A DNA stretch of 24,445 nt. Source: Acidimicrobiia bacterium (GTDB lineage: Bacteria > Actinomycetota > Acidimicrobiia > Spongiisociales > Spongiisociaceae). This document shows, one piece after another, positions 9,023-18,479 of this stretch. Where the stretch lies: positions 1 to 24,445 of the forward strand of contig JBFGLM010000062.1 in NCBI GenBank assembly GCA_041576165.1. Direction: 5' to 3'. Position 1 is the first letter of the stretch. Each line of letters starts with the position of its first letter. The notes beneath the pieces were generated by a model, which did no database searches, had not been told where the DNA came from, and was given only the letters and a program-made list of their open reading frames with translations. Both the position numbers and the translations under genes were made by a program.

Positions 9023-11769
9023 TCAGTGGCCGATGCCGGGGATGTTGCGGCTCTGAGCGCGCTCGGCGACGTGACGCTGCTTGGCGGTTTGGATGCTCTG
9101 GTTGATCTTGTGCCAGGTCTGGTCGTCGTCGGAGCTGGGGTCGTTGATGACGTCCTGGCTGTCTGGCGGGTGTCCGTCGAGCCGTCGGTGCCCGCTGGGT
9201 CCGCCGCGGAGGGAGGGGCTCAATGCCGTGTCGATTCCGAGCCTGGTTCGTCGGGTGATGGCGGGCTGGTCGATCCAGTCCCGGCCTATCGCTTGGGTGA
9301 GGATGTCGGCTGCGGTTTCGTTGCCGCTGGTGACGACGTCGGCGTGGTTGGCGTGGCGTCCGCGCGTGAGCGGCGTGTAGAGCCCGCGGCTGTCGGTGGG
9401 GCCGTCGGCGAGGAGGAGTCCGACGTCGACGGTGCGACCCTGGGTGGCGTGGCTGGTCTGGGCGTACCCGAGCTCGAGATCCTCGGCGGTGTAGTCGGCG
9501 GGGAGACGCACCGTTCCGGTGCGTCCGGTGACGGTGACGGCGCCGTCGCCGTGGATGTGTTCGATCGTCCAGTGGTCGCGGTTCTTCACCATGGTCCCGC
9601 GGTCGGTGCGCAGGGTGCGCTGGTTGCGGCGGGTGACCACTTCGTCGCCGACGAGCAGCCGCTCACGACCGAGCTCGAGGGCCGGTCCGTTCGGGTCGAG
9701 TTCATGAGCGGAGATGCGTCGCTGTTGGGTGAGCCGGTTCAACCGGTCGACAGTGTGGTTGGTGTTGGCCATCAACGCCACCGACTCACCACGCTGGCGG
9801 GCTTCGCTCCAGGCGTCGACGATGGCGGCCTCCATCTCGTCAGGGGTGCCGTCGTGAAGGCGACCGTGACGCTGATACTCGCCGATCACGGTGACGTCGC
9901 CGTTGCGGAGACGGCGGGTGGCGCCGCGTTCCCATGGGTGGGTGAAGCGGTGGATGTGGTCGAGTTCGATGGCTCCACAGGTGTCGATGAGGTGGGAGAA
10001 CATGCCTCCGCGGCCGACGGCGGAGAACTGCGAGGATCACCCACCATCACCACCCTCCACGCCTTCTCGTCAGCCAGCCGTGCCAGGGCGGCGAGTTTCG
10101 GGGTGGCTACGGTGCCGGCCTCGTCCACGATCACCGTCGACCCCCGCGGCAGGTCGAACACCGGCTGTGGCGGCCGGTCGGGGCGGGTGTGCTCGTAGAG
10201 CAGCTTGTCCAACGTGTCGGCCGCCATCGTCGTTTCGGTGGCGAGCACCCCGGCAGCCGCCGCGGTGGGTGCTACCCCGAACACCGTCTGGCCACGGTCG
10301 TGTAGGTAGGCGACGGCGGGGGCCAGGGCGGTGGTCTTGCCGGATCCGGCGGGACCCACGATCAGCTCCAACGGTGCCATCCCCGCCACCGCACGACACG
10401 CCTCGGCCTGACCCGTACTCAGATCCTGCGTGTCGAGGTCCCGGGGTGTCGTATCGACGATGCCGGCGAGGCGGCGCTGCCGCTGCGCCCACTCCACGAT
10501 CCGTTCCTCCTCGTCGAGGATGGCTCGGGTGGCGAGGGCCCGGTCGATGGCGGCTTCGCTGATCGGACGCCCATCACGGCGTCGCACCGCACCGTCCGGG
10601 ATCGGTGGGGACAGGTCGACACAGCGGTCTGCCGCGGCACGGTCGGCGAGGTCCTGCAGGAACCCAACGAGCTGATCCGGGTCGACGGTGACATTCGTGG
10701 GGACCTTGGCGGCGAGCTCACGCACCAGCTCGGCGGGCCGCCACGTCGACTGCCGGGCCCCGAGCGCCTCCAACGCCCCCTCCACCATTCCTGTCATCGT
10801 CGCTCGGTCGATCCCAGCCGGGCGCCGGATACGACCCACCGTGCCGGCGACGAGGTCGTGTGGTTCGTAGCCGAGCGCGGTCGCCCTTGTCCGCCACCGT
10901 TCATGCAACTCGTCGGCGTGGTGGCTGTGGGTCTTGGCGGGGCGGCTGTCGAGCACCGCCTGACGCTCGAGACGCCACCGTTCCCGTTCCGTCGGCTCCC
11001 GTTCCAGATCGGTACGGAACCGACCGAGCTTCTCATTGACGCACTGCTCGACGGCGCGGCTGCGTTGCGAGAACTCCGCCAGCACCTCCGGGTCGACACC
11101 CACCATCTCGGCAATCCCATGTTCCGGTTCGTGCCATCGGACTCCGAGGCGGCGGGTCAGCTCGGCACGCAACCCGGCGTGATACAAACCCGACAGGGTC
11201 CGCTGATCCATCTTCAACGTCCGGGCATCCAGGGCCAGCCAGCGTCCGTCCGGAGCCTTGACCCGGTTGGCGATCACCGCATGGGTGTGGAGCTGCGGGT
11301 CGAGACGCCGGCTCGTGTGCTGACGGAACACCCCGGCCACGATGCCTTCGGCGTCGACGCACACCACATGACCCCGCCGCCGCAACCTGGTGTGCGCCTG
11401 CGACTCCACCCAACCCAACACGGCGTCGACCGCCCGGTCGTGCGCCTCGGTCACCTCCCGCCGTAGCGGCTGGTCGCCGATAGCGAACAGCACCGACACC
11501 GACTTCGGCGCCGAGAACGTCGCATCGAACCCCCGCACCGACTCCTCCCCGAAGCGGCGACCTAATCGCTCCCCGGTCGTCGGATGCAGCCTGGCCATCA
11601 CCCCCAGGAACGCCTCATCGTCGACGACACCGTCGAGACCCAACATCCGGGCGCCCGCTCCGAACCAGCGACCATTCGGTTCACCGGCACCCAGGTAGTA
11701 GGACAGGAGCTGCTCCGTGTAGTAGCGACCCGCCATCACACCCTTGAGCGTCGTCACCCGCACCGTCAC
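9023..11769 (-). pseudogene. mobF: MOBF (TrwC/TraA-type) relaxase fused to a RecD-like SF1 helicase, frameshifted at about 10030
   Basis: RYYTEQLLSYY, DATFSAPKSVS, HUH motif DPQLHTHAVIAN, Walker A GPAGSGKTT, VDEAG, LGYAQTSHATQGRT. Adding one base at CCT CG_ CAG restores VGDPRQFSAVGRGGMF and joins ORFs 9886-11769 and 9023-10003 into about 915 aa. Confidence 0.92.
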
Positions 11770-11789
11770 CCCGCCACCCCCGCACGGTC

Positions 11790-11810
11790 ACCGCAGGTGT
11801 GCACCCGTCT
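11790..11810 (+). other. Candidate oriT/nic site
   Basis: CAGGTGTGCACCCG lies about 25 bp upstream of the relaxase start. GGTGT^G resembles the F-plasmid MOBF nick context. Confidence 0.4.
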
Positions 11811-12145
11811 GTCCTTCCGGACTCGGTAACGCGCATCGGGACGCGCGTGTAGCGACTCGATCTGCTTGGCGTCCAGTGCCTGGTCCGCTGGGATCTCGCC
11901 GCGTCGATCAGGTCGGAGTGAGGACTCATCGTGAGCATTGGTGGATGCGGTGTCGGTTCGTGTCCTCGTCTCCGTAGCGCCGAGGAGTCGCTCACGTGAG
12001 CCGCGTCGCCGCCGCTCGTGCCAGCACCGGAACAGGCTGTCGGCGAACGGGCACCCCACTGCAGTACAGCGAAGCGCCTGAGCCGGGGCGAAGGTGCGGA
12101 TCGGATCCATCGCCTTGCATGAGACGCCGCGACCCTCTCCCAAGA

Positions 12146-12306
12146 GTGACAAACACCCTGTCACCCGAGTGCCGAACCGGTTGCGAGCCCGGCCGCGGAA
12201 GGGTTATCGGCGCCCACCGCCATCGCGCCCGATCGCAAGCGCTCGCGGCAGTTGGAGGGTTCCTGACAGGGTCCGTGACAGGGTTGCGGGCATCGTGGTG
12301 ACAGGG
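12146..12306. repeat. Cluster of (G/C)TGACAGGG repeats upstream of the excisionase
   Basis: Copies at 12263-12271, 12275-12283, 12298-12306 and inverted at 12156-12164. Tandem 12-mers at 12257-12292. Inverted pair GTGACA/TGTCAC at 12146-12164. Confidence 0.8.
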
Positions 12307-12328
12307 GGCACCGCCCACAATGCGAGCA

Positions 12329-12547
12329 ATGGACACTCTCGACCGACTCCTCACCGTCCAAGACCTCGCCGACTACCTCGGCGTCCCCGTCGCCACCATC
12401 TACGGATGGCGCCACCGCGGCCACGGCCCACCCGGCTTCCGTGTCGGCCGCCACCTCCGCTTCCGCACCAGTGACGTCACCCAATGGATCAGCCAACGCA
12501 TCAATGGCAGCCAAACCGAAGAGGTTCGTGTCAGGGCCGGCGGGTAG
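12329..12547 (+). CDS. xis: Excisionase / AlpA-like HTH protein
   Basis: LLTVQDLADYLGVPVATIYGWRHRGHGPPGFRVGRHLRFRTSDV, directly upstream of the integrase. CACAAT 7 nt before ATG 12329 suggests a leaderless start (alternative ATG at 12320). Confidence 0.92.
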   Translation: MDTLDRLLTVQDLADYLGVPVATIYGWRHRGHGPPGFRVGRHLRFRTSDVTQWISQRINGSQTEEVRVRAGG

Positions 12548-12596
12548 CGTTGCCCTCGAGGACACACGGCGCCGGATCGATCACGGGGAGGTGCTC

Positions 12597-13671
12597 ATGG
12601 CAGGGTGGATCATCAAGACCGACGGCGCCCGTTGGAAGGCACGGCTGTCGATCCCGGGTGCCGGTACCCGCAACAAGACCTTCGACCGCAAGATCGACGC
12701 CGAGAAATGGCTCCGCAACGAACAAGCCCGCCTCGACCGCTCCGAATGGACCGACCCCCGCCTCGCCCGCACCACCTTCGCCGACTGGGCGATCCCCTGG
12801 CTCGACACCCGCCGCCACCTCAAACCCAAGACCCTCGCCGGCTACGAGTCACCCCTCACCGTCCATCTCCTCCCCCGCTTCGGGCAGCTCCCCCTCGCCG
12901 CCATCGACCCCCTCATGATCGAGACCTGGGTCGTCGAACTCACCGACCGCGGACTCTCCGCCAGCCGCACCCGACAAGCGCATCAGCTCCTGTCGATGAT
13001 CCTCAAGGCGGCGGTGCGAGCCCGGCGTTTGGCGTCCAATCCGGCCGACGGAACACCGCTGCCGCGGGCAACTCGCCGAGCACCCGCGGTTTCTCACCTC
13101 CGACCCGGTGGACGAACTCGCCGACCTCGTCCCTCGCCGGTATCGCGGACTGATCTACGTTCTGGCGTACGGAGGCCTTCGCTGGGCGGAAGCAGTCGGC
13201 CTCAAGCTGGAGTATGTGCACCTGCTTCGGCGCAGGATCGTGGTCAGCGAGACCCTCTCCGAGGTCAAGGGTCGGCTACACCCGGTGCCTCCGAAGACCT
13301 GGGAGTCTCGCACCATCGCAATCCCACCTTTCGTCGCCGACGTCCTGGGCGAGCACATCGGGCGATTCACAGGCGACACCCAGGACGGTCTGCTGTTCGT
13401 GACAGACAACGAGACGCCGCTACGCTCGTCCAATTTCCGACGCTGGGTATGGAGCCCCGCCGTCGCCAAGCTCGGCGAGGAAGGGCTGCGCATTCACGAC
13501 CTCCGACACACTTGTGCCTCGCTGCTCATCGCCGCCGGCGCCCACCCTGGACACGTACGCGAGCACCTCGGGCACTCATCGATTCGTGTCACCATGGATG
13601 TCTACGGACACCTCTACGAAGACACCAAGGACGAGATCGCCGACCGGTTGGAGCGGCAGCGCCTACGGTGA
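12597..13671 (+). pseudogene. int: Tyrosine recombinase/integrase, frameshifted at about 13083-13085
   Basis: SD GGGGAGG before ATG 12597; arm-binding N-terminus KTFDRKIDAEKW; catalytic GLRWAE, IHDLRH, LGH, DVYGH. Removing one C from the CCC run restores RRAPRFLTSD and a 357 aa product. Confidence 0.93.
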
Positions 13672-13680
13672 GAACGGCGA

Positions 13681-13712
13681 TGGCTGACCCGTGGCGCGCC
13701 CTCTCCGCGCCC
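13681..13712 (+). repeat. Putative integrase arm-type binding sites
   Basis: Three 10-mers at 11-bp spacing between the int stop and the tRNA end: TGGCTGACCC, TGGCGCGCCC, CTCCGCGCCC. Confidence 0.45.
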
Positions 13713-13754
13713 TGTGACCCAAAGGGCAGCCGTGCGCGGTGGGGTAAGAGACAA

Positions 13755-13781
13755 CGAAACCCCTGGTCAACAGGGATTTCG
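13755..13781 (-). terminator. Stem-loop just 3' of tRNA-Asn (terminator-like, likely element-supplied)
   Basis: CGAAACCCCTG-GTCAA-CAGGGATTTCG inverted repeat, 3 nt from the CCA end. Confidence 0.7.
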
Positions 13782-13784
13782 CTA

Positions 13785-13860
13785 TGGCTCCGGGGGTGGG
13801 ACTCGAACCCACAACCTACGGATTAACAGTCCGGTGCTCTGCCAATTGAGCTACCCCGGA
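13785..13860 (-). tRNA. tRNA-Asn (GTT)
   Basis: 76-nt cloverleaf TCCGGGG..GCTC/GAGC..CTGTTAA..GTGGG TTCGAGT CCCAC CCCCGGA G CCA. Extended -10 TGATACCAT at 13882-13874. Confidence 0.98.
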
Positions 13861-13928
13861 ATGGAGCGGCGCGATGGTATCACGGCTCCTCCGAGCGACA
13901 TTCGGTCATCGGTGGCAGAATGGCGACC

Positions 13929-14156
13929 ATGAAGGGAAGAACCGGGTTCGTGTTGGGAGTCGCCGTCGGCTACGTGCTCGGTGCCAGAGCCGGCCGCAGC
14001 CGATACGAGCAGATCATGGCCGCCACGGCAAAGATCACGGAGCAGGAACAGGTGCAAGCTGCCTTGGAAGCCACCGCGGAGCCGCGCTCGAAGGCACAAC
14101 GTTTGGTCGGCAACGGTCTTCGCGGCGCCAGCCGGTTACTGCGCGATAGCGCGTAG
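13929..14156 (+). CDS. Small conserved actinobacterial membrane-anchored protein (YtxH-like)
   Basis: MKGRTGFVLGVAVGYVLGARAGRSRYEQI motif. CAGAAT 7 nt before ATG 13929 suggests a leaderless start. Confidence 0.85.
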   Translation: MKGRTGFVLGVAVGYVLGARAGRSRYEQIMAATAKITEQEQVQAALEATAEPRSKAQRLVGNGLRGASRLLRDSA

Positions 14157-14225
14157 CGCAGCGAGTACTGCTCCAGGAAAGGCTCGGCCGAGCCCGGCCG
14201 CTTTGAAGTGGGCCCCCGCGCCGAC

Positions 14226-15365
14226 CTAGGCGCCTTCTAGATATCCCTCGAGCCGTTTGGCGCGCGCCGGCTGCCGCAGCTTGGCCAATGCCTTGGTCTC
14301 GATCTGGCGGATCCGCTCCCGGGTCACCTTGAAGTGGGCTCCGACCTCCTCGAGAGTGCGCACCTTGCCGTCGGCGAGCCCGAATCGCATGACCAGAACT
14401 TGCCGCTCCCGGTCGTTGAGACCTTCCAAGGCGAGTCCCAGATACTCCTGGAGGAGCCGGAATGAGGCCGCCTCCACCGGGACCTGAGCGTCGGTGTCCT
14501 CCACGAAATCCCCGAGGGTCGAATCGTCCTCCTCCCCCAGCGGGGTCTCCAACGACACCGGATCCTGGGCGATGCGCCGCAGCTCCGAGACGCGGCCGGG
14601 CTCGATCTCCATCTCGGAAGCGACCTCTTCGATGGTCGGCTCCCGACCCAGATCCTGCATCAGGGACCGCTGCGCTCGAATCAGCTTGTTGATGGTCTCC
14701 ACCATGTGGACCGGCACCCGAATGGTGCGGGCTTGATCGGCCAGTGCCCGGGTCACCGCTTGGCGGATCCACCACGTGGCATAGGTGGAGAACTTGAAGC
14801 CCTTGCGATAGTCGAACTTCTCCACCGCCCGGATCAGTCCGAGGTTGCCCTCCTGGATCAAGTCGAGCAGCGACAGCCCTCGCCCGACGTACTTCTTGGC
14901 GATCGACACGACCAGCCGCAGGTTGGCCTCGACGAGTCGCTTCCGCGCTCGGTCGGCCTGGCGGCTGGCGCGCTGCAAGAAGATCCTCTCGTCCGGCGAG
15001 ATCGAGTCGCCGTCGTCTGTGAGGCGCTCGTCGGCGCGCATCCCCGCCTCCATCTGCATCGATAGCTCCACCTCCTGCTGGGGCGTCAGCAGCGGGTATC
15101 GCCCGATCTCCTGGAGATACATGCGCACCGGGTCGGAGACGTGCACGAGCTCGTCGCTGGAGAGCGCAGTGGCGGCGAGCGCATCCTCGGAGTCCTCGCG
15201 GATCGTGATGTTCCGCTCCCGGAGCGCGATGAAGACGTTGTCGAACGACTCGGCGGGGGCCTCGGCGTCTTCGAGCTCCTGCTGGACCTCAGTCATGACC
15301 AAGAAACCGCGCTGCTTGCCGCGCTGGGCGAGGTCTTCGAGGACCTTGGCAGCAACTTCGTTCAA
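14226..15365 (-). CDS. rpoD: Primary RNA polymerase sigma factor
   Basis: [55 protein letters not shown] start overlaps the dnaG stop. Confidence 0.97.
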   Translation of the reverse strand: MNEVAAKVLEDLAQRGKQRGFLVMTEVQQELEDAEAPAESFDNVFIALRERNITIREDSEDALAATALSSDELVHVSDPVRMYLQEIGRYPLLTPQQEVELSMQMEAGMRADERLTDDGDSISPDERIFLQRASRQADRARKRLVEANLRLVVSIAKKYVGRGLSLLDLIQEGNLGLIRAVEKFDYRKGFKFSTYATWWIRQAVTRALADQARTIRVPVHMVETINKLIRAQRSLMQDLGREPTIEEVASEMEIEPGRVSELRRIAQDPVSLETPLGEEDDSTLGDFVEDTDAQVPVEAASFRLLQEYLGLALEGLNDRERQVLVMRFGLADGKVRTLEEVGAHFKVTRERIRQIETKALAKLRQPARAKRLEGYLEGA

Positions 15366-17143
15366 CCTTCGCTCTCCTCTTTCCGTAGCTGGCGGCGCTG
15401 GCGCTCCAAAGCTATCAACTCGTTGAACCGCTCCGAATACTCGTGGGAAGCTGGATCCAGGGCCTCGAGCGCTCGCCTCTCTTCTTCGATTCGGCGCTCT
15501 ACAGCACCCACCTTGAGCCTATTCACGACGGAATCCACAGATTCCAGCGGCGTCGGATCCATTGCGATCCGCCGCAACGAGACTGAAGCTGGACGCTCCT
15601 CCTCGCCCAGAATCGATCCCAGGTCGGGCATCTCCCCCGTCGCCAATCCGGCGACGGCAGGACCGATTATCTCATAGGCGCGGAGGTGCTCTTGCGATGT
15701 GAACCACAGGGGGTTCACCACCACCTCTCTTGCTTGGTTGGCTAACAACAGCCGCAGTAGCTCGCGTTCCGCCTTCTCCTGACCACTGAGGCGGCGCGGT
15801 CGGATCGGCGGCTCGTCTGGCGGAGCCTCCCAGTCGGGGGGTTCCTCCACCCGTCGGGACCGGGGCGGCGTCTTGACGGCACGTTCGACGACAGCCAGGT
15901 CGACTCCGGTGCGCCGTGACAGCAGCACGGCGTATTCGTGGCGAACCACCGGGTCGGGGTGCTGGCGGATCAGCGGCGCCACTGCCCGGACTGCTCGCCC
16001 CCGCGCCTCGGCCTCGTGGAGATCGAACTTGGCCAGGTCGCGCTCGATGCGGAACTGGAGCAGCGGGATCGACTCGGCGACCGACTTCATCATCGCCTCG
16101 GTGTCGCCGTCGGCCACCAGATCGGCGGGGTCGCGACCCTGAGGCAGGATGGCCACCCGCAGGTCGAGGTCGCCCGGCACCGCTTTGTCGAACCCGCGCA
16201 GCGCGGCCCCGGCGCCCGCCTCATCGGCGTCGAAAGCGAGCACGACCCGCTCCGAAAACCGACGCAGCAGGTCGAGGTGCTCCTCTCCCAAGGCCGTACC
16301 GCAGGTGGCCACTGCGACCGGATGGCCGGCAAGCTGGAAAGCGATCACGTCCGTATAGCCCTCGACCACCACCGCTTCATCGCGCCGCACAATCTCGGAC
16401 TTCGACCAGTTGAGGCCGTACAGCAGCCGGGACTTGTGGTAAATCGGCGACTCGGCGGAGTTCAAGTACTTGGGACCGTCACCTTCGAGCTGGCGCGCCC
16501 CGAACCCGACGGGATCACCACGCAGGTCGTAGATCGGGAACATCAGTCGACCACGGAAGCGGTCGATCAGGGTGCCGCGACGCCCCCGAGCTACCAGTCC
16601 GGCAGTGAGCATCGCCGCTTCGGGGATGTCGCGCTGAGCAAGGTGGCGTGCCAGCTCCTCCCACCCCGGCGGCGAGTAGCCGAGGCGAAACTGGTCGACG
16701 ACTGCCGCGCCGTAACCGCGCGATCGTAGATAGGCCCGTGCCTGGGAGGCATCGTCCGCACTCTTCAACCGCTCGTTGTAGAAATCGACTGCCGCCGCCG
16801 TGGCGCCGATCAGGGCTTCGCGACGCCCGCGTCGTTTGCGGACCCCCGGATCTTCGGTCAGGGTGACCCCAGCGCGGCGCGCCAGGAGCTCCAAGGCCCC
16901 AACGAAGTCGACGTTGTGGGTCTCCTGCACCCACTGGAATACGTCGCCGCCCTTGCCGCATCCGAAGCAGTGAAACAGCCCTCGAGCGGGGTCGATCGAC
17001 AGCGACGGGGTCTTTTCCTGGTGGAAGGGGCACACCGCCATGACGCTGCGGCCGGACTTCTTGACCTTGGTCACTTCGGCGGCCAGCTCGGCTAGGTCGG
17101 TCCGCTCCCGGACCCTGTCGATGTCCTCCCGCGCGTAAGCCAC
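15362..17143 (-). CDS. dnaG: DNA primase
   Basis: [10 protein letters not shown]...CFGC zinc finger, KYLNS, TOPRIM VVEGYTD and FDADEAG. Start placed at GTG 17143 (TACACT 6 nt upstream). Confidence 0.97.
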   Translation of the reverse strand: MAYAREDIDRVRERTDLAELAAEVTKVKKSGRSVMAVCPFHQEKTPSLSIDPARGLFHCFGCGKGGDVFQWVQETHNVDFVGALELLARRAGVTLTEDPGVRKRRGRREALIGATAAAVDFYNERLKSADDASQARAYLRSRGYGAAVVDQFRLGYSPPGWEELARHLAQRDIPEAAMLTAGLVARGRRGTLIDRFRGRLMFPIYDLRGDPVGFGARQLEGDGPKYLNSAESPIYHKSRLLYGLNWSKSEIVRRDEAVVVEGYTDVIAFQLAGHPVAVATCGTALGEEHLDLLRRFSERVVLAFDADEAGAGAALRGFDKAVPGDLDLRVAILPQGRDPADLVADGDTEAMMKSVAESIPLLQFRIERDLAKFDLHEAEARGRAVRAVAPLIRQHPDPVVRHEYAVLLSRRTGVDLAVVERAVKTPPRSRRVEEPPDWEAPPDEPPIRPRRLSGQEKAERELLRLLLANQAREVVVNPLWFTSQEHLRAYEIIGPAVAGLATGEMPDLGSILGEEERPASVSLRRIAMDPTPLESVDSVVNRLKVGAVERRIEEERRALEALDPASHEYSERFNELIALERQRRQLRKEESEG

Positions 17144-17193
17144 GTGCCGAGTGTAGGCCCCCGCCAAGCCCGCCCCACCGTAGACTCGCCGCA
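17144..17193. promoter_or_regulatory. Back-to-back leaderless promoters
   Basis: Minus-strand TACACT (17155-17150) 6 nt before dnaG GTG; plus-strand TAGACT (17181-17186) 7 nt before GTG 17194. Confidence 0.65.
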
Positions 17194-18426
17194 GTGGATT
17201 TCGTGATCTTCGCCTTCATCGTGGCGGTCTTCGCTGCCGTTATTGCCGCCTCGTCGAAGCGAACGCAAGCAGTCCGGCAGGCATGGGCCCGAGCGGCCGT
17301 GCAGCTTGGCCTCACTGCCGGCGGCAGCACGTTCCGGCCGATGCGGCTCGACGGGACCATCGGTGGTCTCGCGATCGCCGTCGATGTCTACACGACCGGA
17401 GGTAAACACAAGACCCGCTGGACCCGGTACCGGGCGACCTTTCCTCGTCCCGGCACCGCACTCCTGTTGAGGCGACAAACCGGGCTCAGCCGCATCACGA
17501 AGCTCTTCGGCGCTACCGACCTCGAGATTGGTGATGCTGAGTTCGATGACGCCTTCATGATCAAGGCGGAGTCCGATCAGCAAGCCGCCCAGTACCTCAC
17601 GATGCAGCGCCGCAGCCTGCTGCTCCGTCTCTTTTCGATATACCGCGAAGTGAACCTGACGCCGGACTACTTCGAGATCATCACCCGCGGCTACGAGACC
17701 GATCCGGGACGGCTGATCACTACCACCCGGCGACTTGTGAGCGCGGCGCGGGTGCTGGCCGGCCTGCACGGCGAGGACGGTCGAATGGAGAAAGCCCTCC
17801 AACGCCGGGCTGCGGGCGACATGGCGGAAGCGGCCGCCGCGCTGCGGGGCGCCGCCGAGGACCTACGCCGGGGTGCCGCCACCGGAGACCTGGAGGAACC
17901 GCTGCTAGAAGCCGAGCTGCTGGCGGGCTCCGGGCAGATCGATGAAGCCCGCCCCCTGCTGGCGAGGCTCAGCGAGGAACTGCCCGCCGACGAGGAGGTT
18001 GCCGGGCTGCAGCGGGCGCTCGACCGAATGAGCCCGGAGACACCGGCTCCAGACGCCGCAGATGTCGACATGCAGGAGCTGCTCGATGACTTGTTCGTGT
18101 CGAATCGTTTGTCTTTCGAGACCACCGAGATCTTCGACGAGCACTACGTCGGCCGGCACGTGGCTTGGAGTGGGCGGCTCAAGTCGTTGAGGGACTACAA
18201 CAACGACTTAGACTTCGGCAGAGGTCCCGCCACCAAGCTCGTCGTTGCCATCGCCCAGGTCGAGCACGATCTCTACGGCGCGGCCGAGGTCGATGCGGTC
18301 GTGTCCGTCCCCCAGGGCAGCGCGAGCCACCTCGAGCGCGGTGCCCTCGTGAGGTTCGAGGGACACCTCCTCAAGGCCGACAGCATGATGCGCAACGTCT
18401 TCGTGAGGGATGCTCGCCTCAGCTGA
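17194..18426 (+). CDS. Hypothetical membrane-anchored multidomain protein
   Basis: 410 aa, N-terminal hydrophobic helix, strong GC3 bias; fills the gap between dnaG and glyQS without overlap. Confidence 0.85.
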   Translation: MDFVIFAFIVAVFAAVIAASSKRTQAVRQAWARAAVQLGLTAGGSTFRPMRLDGTIGGLAIAVDVYTTGGKHKTRWTRYRATFPRPGTALLLRRQTGLSRITKLFGATDLEIGDAEFDDAFMIKAESDQQAAQYLTMQRRSLLLRLFSIYREVNLTPDYFEIITRGYETDPGRLITTTRRLVSAARVLAGLHGEDGRMEKALQRRAAGDMAEAAAALRGAAEDLRRGAATGDLEEPLLEAELLAGSGQIDEARPLLARLSEELPADEEVAGLQRALDRMSPETPAPDAADVDMQELLDDLFVSNRLSFETTEIFDEHYVGRHVAWSGRLKSLRDYNNDLDFGRGPATKLVVAIAQVEHDLYGAAEVDAVVSVPQGSASHLERGALVRFEGHLLKADSMMRNVFVRDARLS

Positions 18427-18431
18427 GACGG

Positions 18432-18447
18432 CGGGACTACGGTCCCG
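18432..18447 (+). terminator. UNCG-tetraloop hairpin between convergent genes
   Basis: CGGGAC-TACG-GTCCCG 5 nt after the stop at 18426; no U-tract. Confidence 0.45.
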
Positions 18448-18479
18448 GCAGGCGGCGACAGGACGTGCCTGCACCGCAA

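Larger units (their letters stand above)
9023..13784. mobile_element. Integrative mobilizable element core (relaxase-oriT-xis-int) at the 3' end of tRNA-Asn; left boundary not determined
   Basis: Tyrosine integrase ends 113 bp from the tRNA CCA, preceded by an excisionase and a divergent MOBF relaxase-helicase. No T4SS or coupling protein gene is present. Confidence 0.88.

Noticed and set aside
10020-10045. Programmed ribosomal frameshifting in the relaxase (and at 13083 in the integrase)
   Set aside because: No slippery heptamer or A-run at either site; simple indels explain both.
11766-12164. 132-aa ORF overlapping the relaxase start, and other ORFs in 11681-12354, as relaxosome accessory genes
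   Set aside because: No RHH or other recognisable motif and weak codon bias; the region looks regulatory. Not fully excluded.
12257-12306. CRISPR-like or ncRNA repeat array
   Set aside because: Repeats are 9-12 bp without unique spacers of CRISPR size, and no cas genes are present.
12441-13826. 461-aa ORF running into the tRNA
   Set aside because: It is the integrase N-terminal frame reading on out of frame after the indel at about 13084.
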